The notes under the pieces were generated by a model that saw only the letters and a program-made list of their open reading frames with translations, was not told where the DNA came from and did not search any database. A stretch of DNA of 64,000 nucleotides from the human T2T-CHM13v2.0 reference genome, Homo sapiens, in the NCBI RefSeq assembly GCF_009914755.1, contig NC_060926.1, one strand, 5' to 3'. Shown here in pieces: positions 23,480-35,285 of the stretch. Made by a program: the position numbers and the translations under genes. The first letter of the stretch is position 1. Each line of letters opens with the position of its first letter.

Positions 23480-24400
23480 GTTCATTTGTTGTAAGTCAGA
23501 TGGAATTTTACCCGATGAGAAGCAGAGTTAGATAAAATGTGGTGCCTACCCTGTGTGTTCACAGTTCTGGAGTGGAGATGATGAGTAACAAACCAATATT
23601 ATTCATGCTATGGCAGAGATGTAAACAAGAGCTGTGGTTGAAGAGATTTTTCTAGCTAATTGAGCAAGACCAGGTAGAGGAAGGAAGACGAATTGACCAG
23701 ATGGATGGATGGAGAAGGCCACTCCAGTCAGTAGGCAAAGTCTGTGAAAAAAATATGAAGACTTCTGAGATGCATACCATGTCTGGAGCACAGGTATGCA
23801 GGAGAAGGGGGTAAGAAAGGAGTGTGAATTTAGTGCCAGATTGGAAAGACTTTCAACTAGAAATATGATTTCCAAAATGTGAGTACAAGGAATATAATTC
23901 TGATGACTCCCTTGAACATGAATGGAGGAGAAAGGATACTGAAAGCAATGAGAGCAGTTGGCAGACTACCATATCTTCCCAAATGAGATACTATGTGGGC
24001 TATGTTCACATTACAAATGGGCAGGGCAGCAGGTGCAATAATAGCTCTGCAGTGGATTGACAAACTTTTAAGTGGTACTCTTTCCAAGAAAGGTGATTTC
24101 AATAGATGGATTGCTCTAGGGGAGAAGGGAGGCAAGGAAGAGTAGGATGTAAAAGCCAGCTAAGCTCACACTTGGAGCCAGGAGTGAGCAGTTGAAGATC
24201 TGAACAGACATTAGAGCTGCACATATAGATCAGGGAGTCCCTGGAATGTGCTTGGTGGCTATAGTGGTGGCAGTAGATGCAAATTCCAGAAAGAAAGATT
24301 AGAATACCAGCTGATGCACAATCAAAAGTTTTCACAGTCCAGTAAGGTAATATCTGGGGTAGCAGTTAGATGAGGAATAACAGGACCTTGTGTTACCTAC
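23480..24400 (-). mobile_element. Degenerate L2 fragment hosting the alternative CTNNA2 exon
   Basis: Antisense-L2-like motifs (tgcctaccctgtgtgttcacagttctggagtggagatg; ataattctgatgact; agttgaagatctgaac...gagctgcacatatagatcagggagtc). Confidence 0.55.
23701..23793 (+). CDS. CTNNA2: Coding part of an alternative CTNNA2 exon: 31-aa N-terminus MDGWRRPLQSVGKVCEKNMKTSEMHTMSGAQ
   Basis: ATG at 23701 opens 93 nt ending exactly at a phase-0 donor CAG|GTATGC (GT at 23794-23795). A candidate acceptor tttttctAG lies at 23654-23655. The peptide matches my recollection of the N-terminus of a short alpha-N-catenin isoform. Confidence 0.75.
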
Positions 24401-25399
24401 AAAGTGCAGATTTTGATTAAAAGCATTCAAATTCTAATTTATTACAACTGAATTTTGTTAGTGAGCAAATGATATTGTGAACTGTATTCAGCTTAAGGAA
24501 TACCAGTTTGCAGAGCCTCTAAGTGATGATTCTCAACAAGAAAGAATAGGATGGGGCGGAAGAAGTAGAGATCGCCTCAATAGGAAGGACAGTTTAGTAA
24601 AATTAGGAAACACTCCCCTAGTCCATAGCAAGCAGCCTTTAACATATAGGGATGGCCATGGGACTGTCATTATTATGAACTTCATGTGGCTGTGGAAGAG
24701 ATAAAATATGGTTGATCCTGATAGATTTGGAGAGGACATTGGATGGTCAAGATCACCAACAATGGGGGAGGATGCCTGACCATGAGTGAAGCTGCAAAGG
24801 AAACGTGTAAGGATGATGCTGTCTGCCTCATGGTTCTATGTCAATGTCTAGCTGGTGTTGAGTGTATCATTTCTGAAGAGGGTTTGCCATTGGCATATCA
24901 CATCAATGTAAGATTATTCCTTTGCGGATAGACCTTATATTCCTTCCTCAAACATGGAACAAGGTGATGGCTGGAGGTCATGTCCTTCAGAGGCAAATCT
25001 ATATTTGCATTTTAGCAGAAGAATTTGAGACATCTAATAACATTGTGAAAAGCATTTTCAAATTTCTGACTTCGTATTAGCCTGAAAACTGTTCTGCCAT
25101 TTAGAAGCTGTGTGATCTGGGCAAGTGACTTAACCCCTGAGCAGAAACATTCAACATAGTAAAACAAAGGAAAAATGAGTTGAATTATAAAAACAGAAAA
25201 TAGTTAAAATGCTATTGCAATAACTACCTATATCAATTTCTACTATGCCAGGGCAAAAATCACACCCTATAGATTGAAGAAAAGGAGGGAAAATAATCAT
25301 AAGCACAAATTGCATTGTGCCCAGTATCTCAGACTTTTGACTGCTCCCTCTTTAGATATCTGTTCCTACTTTAGAGGCTGCATAAAAAGCAAAATCAAA

Positions 25400-25915
25400 A
25401 TGAAAAAGGCAGCAACAAACACTCCAAAACATGGTGGTTAAAACAACAATCACTTTATTTAGTTTCTGGCAATATGTGTTGGCTGAGTATAACTTCTGTG
25501 GGGACCAGGTTGACTGAAAGCTGTGGTGCTCGCTCAAGTGTCCATGATCAACTGGAAAATTAGCAGAAGACTGGACAATCCAGGATGGCTTCACTCACAG
25601 GGATGGCAATTGGCAGCCTGTTGGCTGGGACTCAACTAACTTTAGGTTAGGGTACCTGAGTTCTCTCCCGCATGTCGTCTCATCCTCCAGTAGGCTAGCT
25701 CTGGTGCAATCAGGTGGTGATTGTAGGGTTCCAAGAGCAGCAAAGGAGAAGTCCCAGTGCGCAAACACTTTTCAAGTCTCACCATTTGGCAAATTGCTGT
25801 TGTCTGTTAACTAAAGCCAATCACATGGTCAGTCTGAATCAAGGAGTGGAGAAATAGGCTCCACCTCTTGATGGGACGGGAAGAATTTATAGTTGTTTTT
25901 GCAGTTTAAGTACAG
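25400..25915 (-). mobile_element. Old MaLR LTR (MLT1G/H-like)
   Basis: aacaaacactccaaaacatggtggttaaaacaacaatc...ccaggatggcttcactcaca...ctccacctcttgatggga. Confidence 0.6.
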
Positions 25916-25974
25916 CAGCAGTGGTGGCTTAATATTATTACAACTCTAAGTATGAAATGCTTTAAAGTGATTTT

Positions 25975-26166
25975 TATTTCTCAAGCCATGTGACTCTAAC
26001 AGTATCATCCATAAACACTGAGGACCAGCAGTGCAGGTATCACCTATGGCTTGTTAGAAATGCAGAATCTCAGGCCCCACCCAAGACCCACTGTAACAAA
26101 TCGGAATCTACATTTTTCCAAGATCTCCAAGTGATTCATAAGCCCGCTAAGGTTTTAGAAGCACTG
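25975..26166. mobile_element. MER5A
   Basis: gcttgttagaaatgcagaatctcaggccccaccc...aaggttttagaagcactg. Confidence 0.75.
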
Positions 26167-26899
26167 TATCTTTTTGCTGTTTCTCCTAAGTCCCTTTCTT
26201 AGAATTGCTATCTTCTCTTGTTGAGTGATAGATCTTTGATTTTTAAAGGTGCCAGAACTGTTTCCTTCTGCACAACTGAAACAGAACAAACACAGGTTTA
26301 TACAGTAAAACAGGTTGCTTCACAGCGTGAATAGCTAGAGAGAGAGGATATAACATTTTTATGCTCAATTGTCCTGTGCCTTTTTTTTAATGGAAATTGA
26401 AAAATTAAGATAACAGTACATAAATATTTAAAAATACTGTATTTAACCAGGCAGCACCATTCAGATATTAGAGCAATTTTTAAAGAAGTAGAAACAGCTA
26501 GGCATGTACTTAAACTGACCTTTTCCATTTCTGAACCATTACTTAACTGGACCTTGATTTTCTGAAGGTTCAAAGATTGATTCTCCAACCTTTAGTCTGC
26601 AGTTTAAATATCTCTAGAACATGTGCAAGTCTCGGGATACTCTTTAAGATTTTATACAATTAATAAGACCAACACAATTTAAGCATCTGGCATGTGCCGG
26701 CTGCTGGTCTCCCCTAGTTTGTTTTTACCTTAAGTCTGAACAGAGAGAGAGAGGAAAAAGCAATTTTGCATTAAAACCGAATGCTGTTGTTTTGTGTGAT
26801 GTTTGCTTGCCATATTCTCTTCTCAAAATGGGACAACTTCTTTGAAGCTATAACTGATGTTCTTTTAACTATATATGCTTTGAGGTCCTGTTCTTGTCA

Positions 26900-27320
26900 A
26901 TCAGTTAGCCAGCCAATCAATAGTTAACAAATATCTATTGAGTACTTCACATATGCAGGCATATTCTAGGTCTGGGGATACAGTGGGGAACAAAACTGAG
27001 CAACTTGGTAAGCAAATAGATTAATAAGATAATTTTAGGTACTGATAAAGGGAAAATTAAAGAAGACCATCTGGAAGAGAGAAATTGAGGGACTGGACCT
27101 GCTTTATCTACGGGTAGGCAAGGCTTCCTTGAGGTGGTGGTATTTGAGTTGACACCTGAATGATGAGCAAGGGGAAGCCATTTAAAGTGCCATGAGATAT
27201 GCATACCAAGCAGAGAGAACAGAAGGTGCCAAGGCCCAGACACTAAACCAGACCTGGTCCAAGAGACTGTAAAATGGCTAGTGTGCTCAAGTGAGTGAGA
27301 CGGGGATGAAGAGATGGGAA
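26900..27320 (-). mobile_element. L2 3' fragment
   Basis: aacaaatatctattgagtacttcacatatgcaggcatattctaggtctggggatacagtgg...gaggtggtggtatttgagttgacacctgaatgatgag. Confidence 0.75.
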
Positions 27321-30300
27321 GGAGGATTTTGAACACAGGATATGCTTTCTTAAAGAATCCATGCACATTTTTATAAATGTTGACAAACATTCACCAGCAT
27401 CCTCATAACCTCCACTAGACCTTATAAAGTGATTGATTGCTCTGTCTCAGGCACTAAATTAAAGCACTTTAATATATTAATTCCATTTATTCATCAAAAT
27501 TCTGTGAGATCCTTCCACTTTCAGAATATACAAAGGAAATCAAGGCACAGTAAACTTAAGCTACGTGCCTTAACACAGCTGGTATTGATGATATAAAGTG
27601 ATTTTTCTGCATTCCCTACACCCTTTTATGGAACAATTAAGAGGGCTGGATACCAATCAACTTTTTAACTCTGTAAAAGCCAAACTTGACCCTTTTAAAA
27701 TCTTCCTTTCCCCAGGTTTAGACCCAACAAGAGGCGGGATGGGGCAATTCAAACTTTCCTCCTGGATTCCCACTCCTCTCGGCCCCCTTCTACCATCTGT
27801 TGCTGTTTGCGTAGAAAAAGAACAGAACAGAATACCGACAACCACACACATTCAGAAATCTCGTTTTGTATGTGGGAGTCTGGCTTCATTAACAAGTTTC
27901 TCAAACTCTCCCTGCACTACAACACCAATCTAAACATAACTCATTGAAGTCATGGGAATAGGCAATCATCAGCTTCATGATGCTCAGATGTCAGTGTCCA
28001 GATACATCACCTGCTACTTCCTTGTAACCTGCTTCAAGCAGGTTGTTTTTCTCAAGAACCTCTAAATAAATGATGCCTATTTCCATATTCTCTAGCCTCT
28101 GCATTGTCACTCTGATTCTAACTCCTATTAAATTTCCACCTTCTTTCTAAGGGGTCCCATTCTCACTCCAGACTACCCCTCACCCCATCTACCCCTACAA
28201 ATCCGTATGTCCACGTATTCACCCATCCATTCCTCAATCATGTAGTGGGTACTTACTCTGTTTTCTTAACTGTGCTAAGTGCTAAGCTATATAAAATATT
28301 TTAGATAATAGTCTTTTCTTTGAAGAGTTCACTCACTAGTAGGAGAATCATACTCCCAGAAGTCCATATTAATCCCCTCCTTCTTTGAGATGTTACTTAT
28401 CTAAAATTAAGAGAGCATTTTAAGTAAATTTAAATTTACTGTATTAAATTGCTCTGTGTTTGTTTCTGTGTGCCCCTCCTCCCCTGTTTTCCTTTATGCC
28501 TTCTAGTTTGAAATTTCTCAAGAGCAAAGTCCAGGTTGTATTCCTGGTGTAGTGAAGATAGAGTTGGGATAGTTATGTTTAGGTTTGGGTTTTGCCACTT
28601 ACTAGTAATTTAGGGGGTAAATTCCTTCTCTATATAAAGAGTGGGAGTTGGGTTTGAGAATTTCTAAGATCCCGTTGAGCTTTGACATTCATGGGTTTCA
28701 TGGATTCGTGAATTCTAAAATACCTAACAAGGTCTGGAAAGTGAAGGAAACATGCAATACAAAACTTGTTTCAAAGGCGTTTATTTTTAACTTATTTATG
28801 TGGTGGGTGGTTTTCTAACTGAAATGTAACATTGTCCCTGGCTTATAGACTGAGACAGAGTAAATTTAAAAACAAACTATTGAAAAATCAGATTGGACCT
28901 TTTTTGTGAAGCTGGGCCTTTCAACAGAGTGTTAGGTTAGGATTCTTTCCAAGCCCGTAGAGCAATGCAGACAAGAGATAGTCCCTTGGTAAGCCAATTC
29001 TCTATTTCAGCCTTCTTAGGGTGCTACCCCTTACACTAGACAGTCAACATTGGCAGTATCAGAATGATCCTAGAAGAGGTTTTAGTGTATGTTGGAATAA
29101 TCCATAACTGATAATTTTAAAAAGATAATATGCTAGTGGCTTATCTCTGTGCTTTAGAAGGTATTATCAAATAAAGATTCTCACCCTTTATCAAACCCCA
29201 TCACAGATGGGAGCCTGGCCTGGTTGCAACTCTATTCAAATGGTCTTCTGAATTCCTTTGACCATATGCACAGGTTAACTATGTTCAGACAGTAATAACC
29301 CTATATGGGTAAGTACTCATTTTAGAAAAACATAATTTTCTAAAAGAATTTAAATTCATCAACTACTTTTAATATAATTGGTATTTGAAGGATGTCTACC
29401 AATTTGGAATATAATTACCTAGCAAGGGCTGATGGATACCAACCAGTTTTTTTTTGTTGTTGTTGTTTTTATTTCAAACAATTAAATAGTTGTTCAACAA
29501 AACGAGACTGGCATATTGCCAAACTGGCCACATCTCCAGACCCAAACAGGATTTGTTTCATTACATAATATGGCGAACAGTATATTTCTTCTGTAGTTGT
29601 TGTGAACATTGCAAAGGCTTTAGAAATCTTTCTGAGATCCAAGTATACCACTCAGGATATTATTCAACCAACATGGAGAACAAAGTACTGTTTACTTTGA
29701 TGGTTTTTCTCTTTCAGAATCTCTAAGGGCTGAAAATGAAAAGCAATACTTTGTGACTTTGGTGATGTGGATGTAGTGAGACTGTATCTGGGTCTCCAGT
29801 TCCACAATTCTGCTTTTCACTCTGATTCTGTTCCCACCTAGCACCCCATCCCAGGTGTAATAAGAATTCTTGAGTCATAAAGTAAACTAGATGGCATTTA
29901 CCACCCACCTAAATGAAGTGGTGTCAGGAGGGTTAAAATAAGACATATTCAAAAGTCCTCCAGAAATATTTGATGTTCTGTATAAAGACGGTAACCATTC
30001 ACAGACTGAGCCTTTCTGTAAAAGTGAGAGTGTCTCTTCCTGCAGCCTGCTGGTAGGAAATGAGGCAAGGTTTTTTATCCAACTATTTTGGGAGCAGATA
30101 AGAGAGGAATGGAATGTTATAAAGTAATAATAAGAATGTCAGAGAATAATCTTGTTCTGATTCTGACATTTGGCGATTGCCTTCATTCTGGACATTATTT
30201 TTCATCCAGGTAATATTTTTAAACAACTCAACAATAAATGTAAAGTTACTGTTAGAACCTAAATTTCTTCATCTAAAAAACAGGATTAATAGTCTTGCCT

Positions 30301-32599
30301 CATAGCACAACTTTTAAGAAAATAAACATAAAGTGATACATACACAGTTGGTTTCACAGGTACATTCTGCAGCTATGAGATAATTTTATTGTTTTTGTCA
30401 CTTTTGTAAGGACCACTTCTAAAATAGTAGATCTGCTTATAGCATTGCCATTTCTCCTTCTATTTGGCCAAATAAGCACATTTTCCCAAAGTGGGGATCT
30501 ATATTAGAAAAAGCCTTAATGTTTAACCCACCTCTGCTTTTCTCTTCTGACTTCAGCAGCTCTTGTACCTATCTCTAGGATTGAGCCTTCACCTTCTCCG
30601 AATTGTGATACAGTCAGCTGCTCGCCTCATAGAGTAATTGGGTGAGGAACAGACCATTTGAATTCACCCCCCGATGATTGCCATGTGGAGAAACCCTTAC
30701 TTTCATTTCTTGTTAAATATCAAGTGTGGGATGAAGAGAGGCAACCTTAAAAATTTACTTGATTAGACTTAGACTTAATTATTAATATTAGACTGAGTGA
30801 TTAATATCTTGCCACTTTAGCATTATCATTTTTAAAGTAAATCACAGATCTCATACATAATATTTTACGCTTAAATATTTTATGTATATATTTTAAAAAG
30901 CTGTTTTTACATAACCACAATGCTGTCATTGCAGCCTAGCAAATTAATGACATTATTTAATGTTATCTGTATATATAGTCCATATTTAGATGTGTCCAAT
31001 TATTTCTCAATTTTTTTAAAGTTGAATGAGTTTTAATGTGTAACCAAAATATGTCTCCACATTTCATTAGGGTGGTGATGTCTTTAAGTGGGGACAGAGA
31101 AGAAGAATAACTCTATTCAGTTAAGCAAATCAGTCCACCATAGTGTGCCAATATTAATGTTTATTCACATAATCAAATATTTACTAAAGTTTTTAAAATA
31201 TGCTAGATGGCACAGATATTTGGATATAACTTTTTTGACATGATAGGTTCTCTGACATGCCCACCTGTAAAAATGACTGAAAGAAATGATATAAGAAAAG
31301 TTAATTATGGATATAACATGGAAGAACTTGATAAACCCTCAAGTAAATATTTAGTGTATAGATTATAATAGAAAGGCCTCCTGGAAAAAAAAAGGAAATT
31401 GGAGAGGCTTTGGAGGTTTCATTGGGAGGGTTTAGAGATTTTCTATCGTAGGGAGATGGCACTAGGAAAAGGGTATTAAGATCCAGGCTTGACTGGTGGT
31501 GAGGATGTTCTGGACGAAGTCTAACTGGTAGGAACAGAAACACTCCCAGTACAGTGTATATTGAACGGAGTACAGATGCTGGGGGAAGTACGCATTGAGA
31601 TGAAGTGAAAGAAGTAGGTTAGAGCTAGTGATTTGTCTTGAATCTGTTATTTCTTTATTGAACAGCATATTTTAAAATAATTTGTGGTGTATGAATTCAT
31701 AAAATGTATGCAAATGAACTACAACCAGGAAAATTGTGGAATAAATCTTTTTTTTAAAAGCCTACCATGGTGGGCTTAAACAATCTGTCTTTTCTGATAT
31801 ATCAAAAAAGTCTGTATATGCTACAACCAGTTAGTTGTGGCAAGGTTTCGTTTTTGTGAATGCATGCACGCATGTACTTGTGGGCTCTGATGAATGAGAA
31901 ATGCTAAATCACCAGTAATGGGAAATGTTAATGTAAATTGAGTTTTTACTGTGACTATGTTTAATCAATACCTTATTTCTGCTAACATGTTTTGCGAGGC
32001 TGGCTCTGGCATGGTAGGTAATCTATACTCTAGGAAAAGCTATAGCCCTTCTGAAGATTCTCTGTATTTTATTTATTTATTTATTTATTTATTTTAAAAA
32101 GGTGTATTAGGTTTCAGGGTAGAGTGGTTATTCCTCCTGCTGAGGAAGCAACAACAGAACAAAACATCATTTTAAATGTGGGTGTATTTTTTAAGATGAG
32201 GTTTGAGACATTCCTGGTATGTGTAGAATTTCATAGAACTACTTTATCAAAACATTTAGCTCACTTTTTTTCTTTCTAGAGAGCAAATTAATTACCATCT
32301 GATAAGCATGCTTAACTTTCTTCTTTCTAGTCTACTACCAGGCTTTTATTAGTTGGAGCCACTAAAGCAAACTCAATATACGTCACTGTCAATAAAATGC
32401 CCAGTGATTAAAACTAGGTAATACAGTGTCTTCCCTAAGCCCCTCATTTTATGTAGCGTGAAAACAGACCCATGAATGGGTGTAGATGTGCTGAACTGGA
32501 GAGAAATTGTGCCTTCCTCAGCTCACTCTGCACGGAGCCACTTCCCTGAAAGCCAGTGAACCTATTTACCATTGTCATAGTAACACACAATTCGGGCCC

Positions 32600-33350
32600 A
32601 CGTAGACTTAATCCCGAGAGGCAATTGTTCCCTTGCTTGGGCGGCTACGCTCCCCGCGGGGCTGCCTGCAGCCCCCGGGCCCTTGCAGCTCCGGGACGGC
32701 GCGCGGCGGCGGAGGCCGCGGGGCCCCAAGCGCCAGCCTGGCCCCGGCGCAGATGCGCTGCCCCGGCCGCAGCCCAGCCGCCGCGTGTGTTGTCAGGACG
32801 ATCGGAAACGCGTGTGTGGGGAGATGGGTGCCAGTGTCGCCTTGTCCATTATCCAAAACCCAGTCGCTTTTGCTGGTTCCTCACTCAGCATGTGAGAGAG
32901 ATTGTCTTCTCACTCGGTGCCACTCGGGGGCCATACTCCAAAATCAACCAGGGGCTGCCTCGGCATCCAAGACGTTTCGGGCCAGGCGAGGCTGTTTCCC
33001 TAACCTGTGCCATGGGCAAAAGAGAACGCCGCCTTCCCATGCAGTTCCCTTTGTAGCCCACCCCTTGCCATTCCAGGCATCACTGAAGGGTATGTAATTT
33101 GGGAACAGGCAAAAGGGAGAACGGGTATTAACCGGAGAGGAACTCTAGTTCTTGAAGATGAGCCATATTCTTGAAGAGAAGTGCGTGCCCTGTCGTGGTC
33201 CCCCAGGTGCCCTGTCTCTGAGGAGTGACCAGGGTCAGTGCTGGCACCGGCTCTGTCACTGCACACTGGTCGCACCTTTCTTCTCTTCTGCTTTTCGTGT
33301 AGCTCAGTGGGGTTCCCAAATCACAGCACATAGCAGCCGCTGGCGAGAGC
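32600..33350. promoter_or_regulatory. Orphan CpG island (candidate enhancer or alternative promoter)
   Basis: Abrupt GC/CpG-rich block with its core at about 32640-32830 (ggcgcgcggcggcggaggccgcgggg...) in AT-rich intron. It is not an Alu, and no credible ORF is present. Confidence 0.8.
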
Positions 33351-34779
33351 TTTTGGTTTTGACTTGTTAGACACGGGTTAGAACTCCAAGCTTCTGATGT
33401 AATAGGGCTCCGAACAGGCCTGGGAATCTGCGTTTTGAGGCGGTCTCCCTAGGTGGTTCTGATATGCATCCAGATGTGAGAATCATCGCCAAGATCTCCT
33501 TTCTTTCTTCCCCTTCATTTCTAGCTTTTCCTCTTCTCTCTTTCCTCCTTGCTTGCCTGCTGTCTCACAAATACAACTCCTCTTTTATTTTCCCATGTAT
33601 TTTCCTCCCTCCCCCAACGTTTTAAGCATCTGTTGTGTGTCAGGCACTGTCCTAGATGCTTGGAAGGTTATGATCTCTGCCTCTATGCAGCATCTGTGGT
33701 TTCTTATTGACCTTCTCTCTTGCCAGCTCCTCTTCTCTTTCTCTCTGTACTTTCATCCTCTCATTTTCTTAATCACGTTCTTTGTGTTTCTTCTTTTCTT
33801 TCTTTTTCTCCTCCTCCTCCTCCTCCTTCTTTTTCTATTAGTGAATCCATATGTATTTTTAGCACCATGAATATCAGGATTTAAAAGTTTCTAGCATCTG
33901 CCTGGGTTTCAAGCCACAAATTCCTCCCATCATAGCTTACAGGACTCCTAGACCACTAGGGGTGGGTGGAGCAGGATATTCCACCCTAACTCTTTACAAG
34001 GAATTTGCCTTTTCTAGAGTTCAGTATGAAAAAACAAGTCAGGTTACTCTCAGCTAACATTAGTGGTATTTCAGTTTTCATAATGTTTAATGACCTCTTT
34101 AAGCTTCCCTTAAAGCTGCAATTAAAGATTGCCCTTCAGTCAAAAGAAAAGCATGTAAAAATGGGGCTTGCATCAAGAGAGAAAAAAACAAATAACCTCT
34201 CTGAATTAATCCTCCCCCTACCCCCCATTATTCAGGCTGCTGTTTTACACAAAGACACTCTTTTGAGCATGAAAAATATGAATTGTTACAAATTTACCTG
34301 TTCTAAAGTTTCAATTAAAGCTAAGTGACACATGAATATGAAGACTGTCAGAACCTCTCCAAAGTTAGGTGATTTGCTTTGCTTTGAAGGGGGTCGACAA
34401 AGGGGCTCTCTTGGATCCTCGTGGGCCGCTGCTCGCAGTGTGAGGCACTTTCACGACTCTCAGAGTCAAGTCATAGGCGAAGTCAGGACATTCTGCTTCC
34501 ATGCTGAGCTCATTTCTTCAGCTTTCCTGTGGATTTGAGGTCGAGGGCTGCAATCATCATGACCTCTGATCGTCTCGGGGTTAAGCCCCTACTTAAACTA
34601 TTAACTAACTTAAAGATTTCATGTACAACACAATCAGCCAGCAGCTATTTATTAAAAAGCCTTTCATGTAAAAAGGTTTGGAGGACCTAGGAATTGTGAG
34701 AAATGTTTAAAAGGTGAGATGTTAATTCTTGGATGTGGGGGAGACTGATTTACATGAAAAGAGAACTAAATTCTTAGCT

Positions 34780-35285
34780 TCAAGTGATTTCCCAGAATGC
34801 TTGGAATAAAATACTCCTTTTTTGGCGTGACCTTGAGACTCCAAATCATCTGGACCTTGACCACCTCCCTCCCCTCATCTTGCTGTTACTATGTCTCTTA
34901 TTGGTTTTATTCCAGACACACTCTTTCCTTTGATCTCCCCCATGCGGGATCTGTTTTATGAATGCCCTTCCTCCCATCTTTGCATAGCCATCTCCTTTTC
35001 GTCACTCAAGTTTCAATTTAGAATCACTGCCTCAGAGAACTCTTCCCTGACCACTCCATCTAAAGAAGGCATCAGATCATTATCATAGCACCTGCTTTCA
35101 TGTTCTGCCATGGCACATATTACTACTGGATATTATGTTCCTATGTATGTATATTTCTCTCTCTTCCCCACTAAAATATAAGCTTCATGAGAACAGGGGT
35201 TTCAATGCTTCTGTCCCACCTAGAAGAATGCAAGGCATTAAAAATATGTTCATTAAATATATGTCAAATGAATAAATGAATGAAA
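34780..35285 (+). mobile_element. L2 3' fragment
   Basis: cttccctgaccactccatctaaa...aatataagcttcatgagaacaggg...aatgaataaatgaatgaa. Confidence 0.7.

Noticed and set aside
32556-33370. ORFs up to 166 aa in the orphan CpG island
   Set aside because: Ala/Arg/Pro-rich products typical of GC-rich non-coding DNA. I recognise no homology or exon structure.
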